Source: Candidatus Levyibacteriota bacterium (lineage in GTDB: Bacteria; Patescibacteriota; Microgenomatia; Levybacterales; UBA12049). From it: a stretch of DNA of 64,000 bases. The notes under the pieces are model-generated. The model searched no databases. It worked only from the letters and a program-made list of their open reading frames with translations, and was not told the origin of the DNA. A program made the position numbers and the translations under genes. The stretch is taken from positions 1,149 to 65,148 of the forward strand of contig JAYRIM010000029.1 in assembly GCA_041906785.1 (NCBI GenBank), read 5' to 3'. Shown here in pieces: positions 9,270 through 17,751 of the stretch. Every line of letters starts with the position of its first letter. Position 1 is the first letter of the stretch.

Positions 9270-9501
9270 GAAGTAGTAGCAGCTATACGTTCCTCTAACG
9301 TAAGCTGCAGAAAAGAAAAGATGAAATCATTTCCTCTTCTCCTTCATGCAACCTACGGCTTGTATAACATCCATTGGATATCAAAGATCAATCTCCCTTT
9401 TACCGCGAGAAACGGGTTTAAACCATAATGAATGAGCGCTAAATGCTCATTTTATTTGGCAGAAACCCTGGCAGCATAACAAAGATTAACTGAAAAGTCA
9501 A
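9270..9501 (-). promoter_or_regulatory. cassette B leader: promoter, hairpin, boxA-like motif, hairpin
   Basis: Minus strand TTGACT(9501-9496)-17nt-TATGCT(9478-9473) with extended TG; AATGAGC/GCTCATT hairpin; TGATCTTTGATA 9390-9379; CGTAGGTTGCA/TGCAGCTTACG stem. Confidence 0.7.
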
Positions 9502-9524
9502 AACTATAAGATTACCTGTATTTT

Positions 9525-9971
9525 TTATAAAAATACTTCTACTCTTTTATCAAACTTTGCATTTGGGTCGAGGATATAGAAATGCTCAGGAATAATTTTA
9601 AAAAATCGATATGGGGCTTTTCCTGAAAATGATTTCCTCGTCATCGGCATAAAAGAAGTGTAGTACCAGCACATAGCGGCATCAATTTCTTTTTCTGGTA
9701 GAAGATACGCTTTTCCTGAACACTGTACACCATTTCCTGTTCCTTCTTTTTGTGTGGAATCGAAAATTGTAAAAGAAACATTTGGATTTTTTAAGATGTT
9801 CTTCGAATGCACAGAATCTAATTGAGACGCGAAATAAAAGGTAAACGTATTACTTACACCATAATACACAGGTGAAACCCAGACATGTTCCCTACCATAT
9901 GTACCAAGCGTCAGATAGTCATTCTTTCCTATTATTTTTCTGGCTATTACAGCCAATGATTTTTTATTCAT
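9525..9971 (-). CDS. pyridoxamine 5'-phosphate oxidase-like FMN-binding protein
   Basis: LTLGT, SPVYY, S.HSKNI.KNPNVSFTI, GVQ.SG.A. Confidence 0.8.
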   Translation of the reverse strand: MNKKSLAVIARKIIGKNDYLTLGTYGREHVWVSPVYYGVSNTFTFYFASQLDSVHSKNILKNPNVSFTIFDSTQKEGTGNGVQCSGKAYLLPEKEIDAAMCWYYTSFMPMTRKSFSGKAPYRFFKIIPEHFYILDPNAKFDKRVEVFL

Positions 9972-10127
9972 ATTGTCTTCTTGGTATCCAACCTACCTGC
10001 CCGCATTGCTACGCAAAGCCTTGCAGGCGGGCAACCCACGACACTTCGCAGAAGTTAGTCCCCATGTGGGACAACTCATAACTAATGCCGTCACTTTACC
10101 TTATTCCATCCATACTGTAAAATTGTT

Positions 10128-10973
10128 GTGCTAATAGTGAACAACTCATCACATACGAATATTGCTCTTATTAAAGAATTTCTCGGAAAACTAGGTTTCT
10201 CTGAGGAAGAAGTAAAGCTTTATATCACCTTAACGCAGAAAGGACCACTTACGCTTCTTGAGGCTTCCCGTGCTAGCGGTATAGAACGCACTAAAATCTA
10301 TCGTATGATTGATGACTTAAAAGAAAAGAAGCTTCTGGAAGAGATTCCACAGTATAAGCGAACAGTTATTAAAGGAGCAGGCTTACAAACTATAGAATTA
10401 CTCGTAAAGGAAAAAGAGTTAGAAAATAAATTTCTTCAGAATAATGCTGCAACCTTTACTCACGCGGTTAATGTACTGACTAAATCGCTTCCTGAAAATA
10501 ATGTTATTTACTACCGTGGTGTTGAAGGAATTCGCCAAATGACATGGAATATGCTCAGATGTAAAGGACTATTTCGAACATATTCCTGTAGCTTTTGGAA
10601 TGATATTCTCGGTGATTCGTTCGTGGATGAGTTAAATAAAGAATTATTGGCGAGACATTTTAGTGTTCATGATCTTTACTCTGACCAATATATCGAGTTT
10701 AAGAATCAATGGATGAAGGAAAAAGGCGGAAAGCCCAGTGGAGATTGGCATTTCTGGCATTCTCGATATATATCAGAAAAAATTGTAAAGATTAATCAGA
10801 ATATTGACATATATAATAACGTAGTTTCTTACTACTACTGGCAAGGAGAAGAAACGTTCGGAGTAGAAATTTATAATCAACGTATTGCGGATATGCAAAA
10901 ACAAATTCATGATGTTCTCTGGAAAATGGCGAAAAGAAGAAAAGAACTTGATTGGACAATAGACTGGAAATGA
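10128..10973 (+). CDS. TrmB-family HTH transcriptional regulator
   Basis: LGFSEEEVKLYITL..G......SGIERTKIY..I..L; YY.G.EGI; IYNNVV. Confidence 0.85.
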   Translation: MLIVNNSSHTNIALIKEFLGKLGFSEEEVKLYITLTQKGPLTLLEASRASGIERTKIYRMIDDLKEKKLLEEIPQYKRTVIKGAGLQTIELLVKEKELENKFLQNNAATFTHAVNVLTKSLPENNVIYYRGVEGIRQMTWNMLRCKGLFRTYSCSFWNDILGDSFVDELNKELLARHFSVHDLYSDQYIEFKNQWMKEKGGKPSGDWHFWHSRYISEKIVKINQNIDIYNNVVSYYYWQGEETFGVEIYNQRIADMQKQIHDVLWKMAKRRKELDWTIDWK

Positions 10974-10983
10974 GCTTATAGTT

Positions 10984-11466
10984 TTGATTTTTACTTCGAT
11001 TTTCAGTATAATCCTCTGATTCTCTCAGTAAGACCTAGAAGTAAAAGATTTTCTATGATTTTTTTCTCCTGAGTCTTACTCAGGTCGGATTCTATAGGAA
11101 TTCCGGCCATTTTTCGCGGCCGCTTTTTCTTATTAAGGTCCGTTTGCTCTTCACTGTCATTCTGAGCAAAGCGAAGAATCTTTACTTTAAGGATCCTTCA
11201 CTTCATTCAGGATGACAACAAGAAGACAGAACCTTAACAAGAGAGAGTGAGAGCGGACTCCGATGCATATCGGAGGAGCTCGCCTACAGTCCGCCAGCTG
11301 GCGGATCGACAGACGTGTGTGCCGCATCTTCAATCTAACAAGTATCCCTCAAAGAAGAGGGTCTGCAGTTGCCGTAAGGCGACCTATAGATGGTGGCCGT
11401 TAGAGAAACGTTTATTCAACAGCTCTCACGGAAACTACCGTGAGAGCCCATCACAAGGAGTCAACT
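10984..11466 (+). promoter_or_regulatory. cassette C leader: promoter, palindrome, boxA-like motif, multi-hairpin 5'UTR, SD
   Basis: TTGATT(10984)-17nt-TATAAT(11007); AGAACCTTAACAA 11228-11240; hairpins CTCCGAT/ATCGGAG, TCCGCC/GGCGGA, GCTCTCACGG/CCGTGAGAGC; CACAAGGAG SD. Confidence 0.7.
11155..11217. repeat. GTCAT...ATGAC palindromic (REP-like) element
   Basis: TGTCATTCTGAGC.AAGCGAAGAATCT..GGATCCTTC..TCAGGATGACA, close match to 31616-31673. Confidence 0.8.
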
Positions 11467-12591
11467 ATGTATTTGTTTCACATCCTCGCGGAGACGCTCC
11501 ACCGGTTCTTCCGGTGGCTCCGCGACCTGGAGTGGGAACGGCTTGGCATAATCGCCATCCTTTTCCTGCTCCTCGGCTGGATTGTCTTACGCGTGCTCGC
11601 TTGCGGGCAACCCGCCAGCGCCCACGCCGCTCAAGCCACCCTACAACCGAGTGAGAACACCCTCGTTCTGTGGTTCAATGAAGAACACATGACGGGTCAG
11701 GTTCTTTACCCGGAAGGCGGCAGTGTCCGGGCAAAAATGGTCGCAGTGAACTTAAACCCGGACCTCGAAACGATTGCACTTGAGGCTGAGATCGATTCCG
11801 CTCGCCCAGAGTCCCTTTTGTGGCGCGCAGGGTTACAGCCTTTCACTGTCGGCAACCGCCATATTATCCCCCAAACTGGCGACTATGTGAATTTCGTCGT
11901 CGCTACCTGGAACGAGGTAGCCGGTCGTTGGGAACCGGTTATCTACACCACGGTTCAACTCACTGGCAAAACTCATGTTCTCCAATTCCTACTGGAGAGT
12001 GAGATATCCGGCGAGTTGCCATTCGAGGACAATCCTGAACCAACCACGCCTCCCAATCCGGTCGAAAACTTGTTAATCAACTGCGACTTCTATCGGGTTG
12101 CTAACAACCCATACGGAGACTCAGGTTTTTGGCAAGTAAACATCCGGGACAGTTTCGGCGAGTTAGTTAGCTCAATGACGAGCGACTCGTCGGAAGCACC
12201 CCAGCATTCGTTCACAAACGCTGAGCTGGAACGGCTCGTATTTAGCCGCGTGTCGTATGAATACGTCTGGCAGTTGAACCACAACACACTTCCCTTGAAG
12301 TGGAGCCTCGCGTTCGAGTTCAGGGCATGCGTCTCTCCGATTCCGACGGAAACACCAGGGTTATCCCCGACCTTGACGCCCACGCCAACACCAGGGTATT
12401 TGCTCTACGCACCCTACATCTCGCGGGCGAGTATCGGTGGCAGACGACCGGCGCCGACGCCGGACATGCCACGGATCACGCCTGGCGTCATTTTGAGTAT
12501 GACGGCTGCGGCGGTGACGCCAAAGCCGACCTTCACGCCCACACCGCTGGCAATTTTGCCCCCAGCGCCCGAGCCAACAAGGACTCCTTAA
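11467..12591 (+). CDS. GC-rich orphan membrane-anchored/secreted protein with PT-rich tail (cassette C)
   Basis: ATG 11467 after AAGGAG; N-terminal TM; beta-rich domains; TPTLTPTPTPGYLLYAPYISR. Confidence 0.75.
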   Translation: MYLFHILAETLHRFFRWLRDLEWERLGIIAILFLLLGWIVLRVLACGQPASAHAAQATLQPSENTLVLWFNEEHMTGQVLYPEGGSVRAKMVAVNLNPDLETIALEAEIDSARPESLLWRAGLQPFTVGNRHIIPQTGDYVNFVVATWNEVAGRWEPVIYTTVQLTGKTHVLQFLLESEISGELPFEDNPEPTTPPNPVENLLINCDFYRVANNPYGDSGFWQVNIRDSFGELVSSMTSDSSEAPQHSFTNAELERLVFSRVSYEYVWQLNHNTLPLKWSLAFEFRACVSPIPTETPGLSPTLTPTPTPGYLLYAPYISRASIGGRRPAPTPDMPRITPGVILSMTAAAVTPKPTFTPTPLAILPPAPEPTRTP

Positions 12592-12596
12592 CTATC

Positions 12597-12670
12597 ACCC
12601 ACCCCACGCTTAGGAGGAGCGTGGGGGTGGGCCCTTTCGGGGGTACAGTAACCTCCTCTCACTCTCTCTC
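12597..12670 (+). other. structured 3' trailer of cassette C
   Basis: CCCACCCCACGCT/AGCGTGGGGGTGGG stem, a UUCG-capped hairpin, then 3' arm CTCTCACTCTCTCT 12656-12669. Confidence 0.65.
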
Positions 12671-12845
12671 ATAATAACAATTTGACCCCACTTCGCTAAA
12701 GCTTCGCGGGGCAAGCAAATTAACTATTTCAAATTTATTGTTTCTCCTTAATAACTTACACTACTAAACTAATGTCCAATATACTGGACATCAAATATTT
12801 GTATTTTTTTATTGTGCCGTTATATAATCCTGCTATACTCTTCTT

Positions 12846-13334
12846 GTGAATTCGCAAGCAGAACAAGAAATACTTCTTAAAATTGTCGAGACATGGAACC
12901 CTAGCATGAAACCAGAATATCGTGGATTTCGTTGTGCGAATTGCCAGAAATATAAAAACGAAGCTTGGTATCACTGGGTACATACTGGAGGGTATCGTCT
13001 CCCTATCCACATGTGTACTGATACGTGTGAACCACAATTCCAAAATGGAACGATAAATATAGACGAATCAAAAAGAAAACAGGTCATTAGAGAAGAATTC
13101 AATCCCACCTATTCTGAAAAAACTGAAAAACGATTTGATGAAATAATCGCTTCTTGGCCAGAATATAAAAAGCCAGAGTTAAAAGCGTATACATGTGATG
13201 AATGCGAACAAGATTTAGATATAGACACAGATGTACAAAGAAAAGGCTGGCATGTCTGGTATAAAATGCCTGATGACTTTACTCTCGCCGAACTCCACTT
13301 CCACAAATCCTGCGCAAAAAAAATAGGATTATAA
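12846..13334 (+). CDS. hypothetical protein with duplicated CxxC...HxxC metal-binding module
   Basis: CANC..AWYHW..IHMC..C and CDEC..GWHVW..LHFHKSC. Confidence 0.7.
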   Translation: MNSQAEQEILLKIVETWNPSMKPEYRGFRCANCQKYKNEAWYHWVHTGGYRLPIHMCTDTCEPQFQNGTINIDESKRKQVIREEFNPTYSEKTEKRFDEIIASWPEYKKPELKAYTCDECEQDLDIDTDVQRKGWHVWYKMPDDFTLAELHFHKSCAKKIGL

Positions 13335-13341
13335 TAACTTC

Positions 13342-14058
13342 ATGCGACAATTTACTTATTCTTTCTTTCAATCTTCATTTCGTTCTGTTCCTGAAGTTAT
13401 ACAACACATGGAACAACTACAGATAGAGTTGAAGAATACTGATTTAGAACATGTCCGTGCGTTTAATAAGACCTATCTGATAATCACCAAGAATGTTTAT
13501 AAAAAAATTGGTACTGGATACTTCCAGTTCGATGATGTCATGACAGCAGTAGACATTAACTTCGCTTCTTACTATTTCCGTGCACTGAAATCATATGTTG
13601 AAAAGAAAAGAACACCTCCAGCCTGGGAAATATCATTCGATGCTTCTAAAAGAAATAATTATTATCAATTCATATACATGGCATTAGGTGTAAATGCGCA
13701 TGTAAATAATGATTTAGCGCAATCACTCCATGATGTAGTTAAAGATGAAACATATAAAGGGGATTTTAATAAAGTAAATGCCATAATTCACGAAAGTATT
13801 CCGGAAGTAATCAAAGGCTTGCAAGAAAGCTCCTCCTCACTCGCATTATTAGAAAAAATATTTCTTCCCGTATACACATTTTTTTTAGATGCATTAATCC
13901 AAAACTGGCGTTCCGATACATGGAACACTTTTTTAGCACTTAAAAAGAAAATAGCTACTGTCCACCAAGTAGAAAATAAAGCAGAAAAACTCGCTGTTCA
14001 GCTTAGTAAAATAAAACGACTAAGAGATATTCGTCACTTACGAAATGTCTTCATGTAA
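13342..14058 (+). CDS. DUF5995-like hypothetical protein
   Basis: FN.TYL.IT, D.NFA.YY, P.AW..F, ALGVNAHVNNDL, DF.KVN. Confidence 0.7.
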   Translation: MRQFTYSFFQSSFRSVPEVIQHMEQLQIELKNTDLEHVRAFNKTYLIITKNVYKKIGTGYFQFDDVMTAVDINFASYYFRALKSYVEKKRTPPAWEISFDASKRNNYYQFIYMALGVNAHVNNDLAQSLHDVVKDETYKGDFNKVNAIIHESIPEVIKGLQESSSSLALLEKIFLPVYTFFLDALIQNWRSDTWNTFLALKKKIATVHQVENKAEKLAVQLSKIKRLRDIRHLRNVFM

Positions 14059-14065
14059 TTTCCAC

Positions 14066-14104
14066 AACTCATAACTCATAACTCATAACTCATAACTCAT
14101 AACT
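14066..14104. repeat. heptamer tandem repeat (AACTCAT)n
   Basis: about 5 perfect copies; degenerate 7-mer arrays recur in many intergenic regions (e.g. 19830-19860, 22135-22166, 60030-60066). Confidence 0.9.
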
Positions 14105-14294
14105 AGCAATTATGCTTCCTATTACAAACTTATAACACTTCTCTGTTTGCCTTCACACAACAGTTTTGTAGTATGCGAATTACTACGAATTGTATCCTAA
14201 TTGATCCGAATAGAAGAAATATTCGTAACAATTCGGATTACAAGTTACTATTTATATTTGGATCAATTCGTAGCTTGGAAGGGGGGTGAGAAAC

Positions 14295-14606
14295 ATGCCA
14301 GAACAAGCCAAAAAATCAAATATGAATAAAGGGAAAACAGAAAAAAAAGGACGAAAAGGAGGAATTAGTGGAATCGCTGCTCCAGCTACCGGTGCAGTTA
14401 TAGGAGCTGCTATAGGAGGAGTAGCAGGATCGATGCTCTCATCCAGAGAAGGTAAAAAAGTCCTTGGAACAGTCGCTGATTCAGTTAAGGAAATTGCTGA
14501 AGACACTATAGAAGCTGTTGAAGAAAACAGGACGCAAGTTGAAAAAACTGCAAACAGTATAACTTCTTCAGTAGCAGAGAAATCTTCAGGTAAGAGTGGA
14601 AAATAA
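14295..14606 (+). CDS. YtxH-like glycine-zipper small membrane/stress protein
   Basis: GAVIGAAIGGVAGSMLSSREGKK; SD GGGGGTGA upstream of ATG 14295. Confidence 0.65.
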   Translation: MPEQAKKSNMNKGKTEKKGRKGGISGIAAPATGAVIGAAIGGVAGSMLSSREGKKVLGTVADSVKEIAEDTIEAVEENRTQVEKTANSITSSVAEKSSGKSGK

Positions 14607-14608
14607 TG

Positions 14609-14765
14609 GGAACTTCGGGGGAGAAGTTCGGCATCAGCCAGCTGATCGCTGCGGAGACGTCATGCGTCTCGGCATTGTCAGCAACTGCTGCCTAGTTTTC
14701 TCCCCCTCGGGGTGCAATCACGATTGATCTGATACTCAATATAACGTTGGATAGATGCCGGCTGC
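14609..14765 (-). other. structured 3' trailer of cassette D (also possible terminator for the 14295 gene)
   Basis: hairpins CCCC/GGGG, GAGACG/CGTCTC, ATCAGC/GCTGAT, GAACTTC/GAAGTTC; arm GGGTGCAATCAC at 14710-14721. Confidence 0.55.
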
Positions 14766-15182
14766 TCAGCCGGCTCTGTTGCGAACGGCAGGCGCCTTCC
14801 AAGCGGGGATGGCTGTGGAAGCCACAGCCCCGCAGCCGCGGGCAATAACGGTGTACACACCGTTTTGCCGCAGACCAGCGACGCTGATACTGACTCGGCT
14901 GCCATTCTGAGTCACCGCGTTTGCCGAACTCAAAACCGGCACGCTGATCGTGACAGCAGGTTTCTTACTCGGGCAATTGCTCACGGTGACGGTCACGGTG
15001 GCAGTTGTCTGCCCACGAGTGACTGCAATAGCGATGGTCACGTCATTGCCCGTCTCGCGGTCTGTCGCGACTTGGACGACCGATTCCTCGGAGATGATCT
15101 GGCTAGCGTGAGCGCTGCTAGCCTGTGTGAACAGCCCCACCAGCACCATGGCCAGCAGGGCGAGTTTATAAAATTGTCTCAC
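14766..15182 (-). CDS. GC-rich orphan secreted protein, Ig-like beta fold (cassette D)
   Basis: GTG 15182 after CACAAGGAGG; signal peptide ending AHA; beta-rich with two Cys. Confidence 0.7.
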   Translation of the reverse strand: MRQFYKLALLAMVLVGLFTQASSAHASQIISEESVVQVATDRETGNDVTIAIAVTRGQTTATVTVTVSNCPSKKPAVTISVPVLSSANAVTQNGSRVSISVAGLRQNGVYTVIARGCGAVASTAIPAWKAPAVRNRAG

Positions 15183-15492
15183 TAGTACCCTCCTTGTGAT
15201 TGCGAACCCAGGCAAGAGAAAACGAAGAGTTTCCAATTTCGAATTGCCAATTTCCAGTTAATTTTTAATTAATGAATTCACCACTAATTGGAAACTGGAA
15301 AATTGAAATTCGCAACTGCCTAAAAGGCTCCTTTCTGGGTGCGCAATAGATTGTTAAAGTACCAAAAAATTGTTATATTGTTAAATTGTTTTTTTATTGT
15401 TTAATAATATAGCAATAGAACACTATAACAATAGTAGATAATGTCTTTATAACACAAATCGGAAGTATACCACAGAAAACATAATTTGTCTA
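15183..15492 (-). promoter_or_regulatory. cassette D leader: promoter, boxA-like motif, long hairpin, SD
   Basis: Minus strand TAGACA(15492-15487)-17nt-TATACT(15469-15464); GTACTTTAACAA 15362-15351; TTGCGCACCCAG/CTGGGTTCGCAA stem; AAGGAGG. Confidence 0.7.
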
Positions 15493-15579
15493 CTATAGGC
15501 CTTAACTGCGATACGCATATTGTGTAGCTCAAAACGCAATTAATCAACTTACTGATAACCGATAACTGACTACTGACAA

Positions 15580-17688
15580 CTATTTTGATGGTATTGTGAA
15601 GCAAAAAAGCGCACCTTGATCTTTCTCACTTTCTACCCATATTTTGCCTTTATGCCTTTTAATAATATCTGCTGATACATACAATCCTAATCCCAAGCCA
15701 GGGAATGTATCTTCTCTATTACCACTGACACGGAAAAACCGTTCGAAAATATGTTTTTGTAATTCTTTTGGTATGCCCACACCATAATCCCGCACACATA
15801 CTTTTGTTTCCTCGTCTGTCTGTATAACAGAAACATCGATTTTCTTTGCATCAGGAGAATATTTAATTGCGTTTGATAAGAGATTCATAAGAACCTGGCC
15901 GATTCGCTCTCTATCTCCAAACACTTTTCGTCTTGCATTTCCCTCAACTGAAATTCGATGTTTATCAGTCGTTCTCTGCATTTCTTCAATAGTTTCTTTC
16001 GTAAGGGAGTTGATATCAAATTGTTCAAATTTCATTGAAAGTCTTCCAGACTCAATTTTCGTTACATCAAGTAAATCCTTAATAAGATTAGTTAGCTTCG
16101 TAAGCTGTAGATCCATTTTCTTTAATTGTTCTGCTGTCTCTATATTCCCCTGTTTTTGAAACCTGCGGGTTAATACTTGTACATACGCTTTTAAGCTCGT
16201 TACTGGAGTTTTCAATTCATGACTCGCTATGCTGATGAAATCATCTTTCTGACGTTCAAGTTTTTTCCGTTCTGTAAGATTAATGACTAAACCGATTATT
16301 TGGCCTTTCTTTCCTTCTGTAAACGTTTTTCCGATTAGCACAGGAACTCTCGAACCATCTTTTCTAAGATATTCTTTCTCATACGGTGTATGAAAACCTT
16401 TTTTATGTAATTCTCGTAATTCCTCACGATATTGGTCGTGATATTCATGTGGAGTTATATTGGCAATAGTAATTTCCCGTTTGCGTAGGTCACGTTTCGT
16501 GAGTTTTACCATCTCTAAAAAAGCCTTATTCGCATTGGTAATAACACCATCTGCATCTGCAAAAAACACACCAATTATATTCGCATCGACTATACGTCTA
16601 AGTCGTGTTTCACTTTCCTGAAGTGCAACCTGAGAATTTGATAACTCCTCAGCAAGTTTTTCTGCTTTAACCCGAGCTACATACTGCCAGTGACTTAATC
16701 CGAACAATGCTAAGCTTGTAAAAATTCCTCCAGCTAAAAGAAACGGTACGAGACTTCTTTCAGTGGAATAAATAAAATAGCGTGTTTGAGCAAAATAAAG
16801 TGTCCAGGTCCTCCCAGCAATACTGAAATTGCGAACAACACTCTCCTTGGCAGGTGATTTATCAACATCTGCGTTAGTAAAAAGTAAAGCATTTCTATAT
16901 GGTTTCGTTCCATCGTAAATATACATGTCTGCATCTGATTGTGTATCATGACCGAAAATACTATAAAAAAAATCGTTGGCACGAAATGGTCCATAGACAT
17001 AGCCATATAATAATTCCTTTCTTTCAGTAATAGTACTCGGAGTTGTACCTCCAAAATATACAGGCATATAAATAAGAAACCCTGGCTGTTTATTAGTAGT
17101 TATTTCCTGCACAAGAGTAACGATACCCGAAATGGTTGGTTGACCAGTCTCCATGGCCTTTTGCATTGCGTCACGCCGTGTTCTTTCAGAATACATATCA
17201 AAACCTATAGCTTTCTTATTCCGATCATCAAATGGTTCTAAATACTTTATAACATGATAGACATCTCGCTCATCATCAGGATAAATAGTAAAATTTTCAT
17301 ACCCTTCTTCCTCCATCAACTCAATAAACTCTTGTTTTTTATCGCTAGAAAAACGCTCTGAGAAACCTATTCCTTGAATGCCGTTATACCGGCTACGAAG
17401 CTCTAAATGTGAAGCGAAACTATGAAACTCATTACGAGTAATATATTGTTGTGACGAGAACATTCCAGCCCCAGCTCGTAACATAGCAATATATGTATCT
17501 AACCGTTTATCAATCGCCTCAATTCTTCTTGTTACTATCCTATCGAAGTACAGTTTATCTTTACTGTCAGCAACACGATCGATATAGAATGCTGCTAAAA
17601 ATGTTGTTAATAAACCCAATATAAAAATCGATAGAGGAAATAATGGACGTGAACGGTAATGATGTGTATGAAACCTACGTAATCTCAT
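15580..17688 (-). CDS. CHASE-PAS sensor histidine kinase
   Basis: CHASE (YLEP...N.KAIGFDMYSE..RR.AM), PAS, H-box SHELKTP, NLLSNAIKYS, D.G.G, GLGLGL. Confidence 0.95.
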   Translation of the reverse strand: MRLRRFHTHHYRSRPLFPLSIFILGLLTTFLAAFYIDRVADSKDKLYFDRIVTRRIEAIDKRLDTYIAMLRAGAGMFSSQQYITRNEFHSFASHLELRSRYNGIQGIGFSERFSSDKKQEFIELMEEEGYENFTIYPDDERDVYHVIKYLEPFDDRNKKAIGFDMYSERTRRDAMQKAMETGQPTISGIVTLVQEITTNKQPGFLIYMPVYFGGTTPSTITERKELLYGYVYGPFRANDFFYSIFGHDTQSDADMYIYDGTKPYRNALLFTNADVDKSPAKESVVRNFSIAGRTWTLYFAQTRYFIYSTERSLVPFLLAGGIFTSLALFGLSHWQYVARVKAEKLAEELSNSQVALQESETRLRRIVDANIIGVFFADADGVITNANKAFLEMVKLTKRDLRKREITIANITPHEYHDQYREELRELHKKGFHTPYEKEYLRKDGSRVPVLIGKTFTEGKKGQIIGLVINLTERKKLERQKDDFISIASHELKTPVTSLKAYVQVLTRRFQKQGNIETAEQLKKMDLQLTKLTNLIKDLLDVTKIESGRLSMKFEQFDINSLTKETIEEMQRTTDKHRISVEGNARRKVFGDRERIGQVLMNLLSNAIKYSPDAKKIDVSVIQTDEETKVCVRDYGVGIPKELQKHIFERFFRVSGNREDTFPGLGLGLYVSADIIKRHKGKIWVESEKDQGALFCFTIPSK

Positions 17689-17751
17689 GTCAAAAAGTGT
17701 GGCTATTGTAGCATAAAATACCGAAGAATCTAATAACCTATCTTACGGATA

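Noticed and set aside
7706-12669. Cassette arms as IS/MITE terminal inverted repeats
   Set aside because: Arms differ between loci, include strand-specific G-U pairs, lie downstream of the promoter, and no transposase or target-site duplication was seen; not fully excluded.
14066-14104. Tandem repeats as a CRISPR array
   Set aside because: 7-nt units without spacers; no cas genes in the window.
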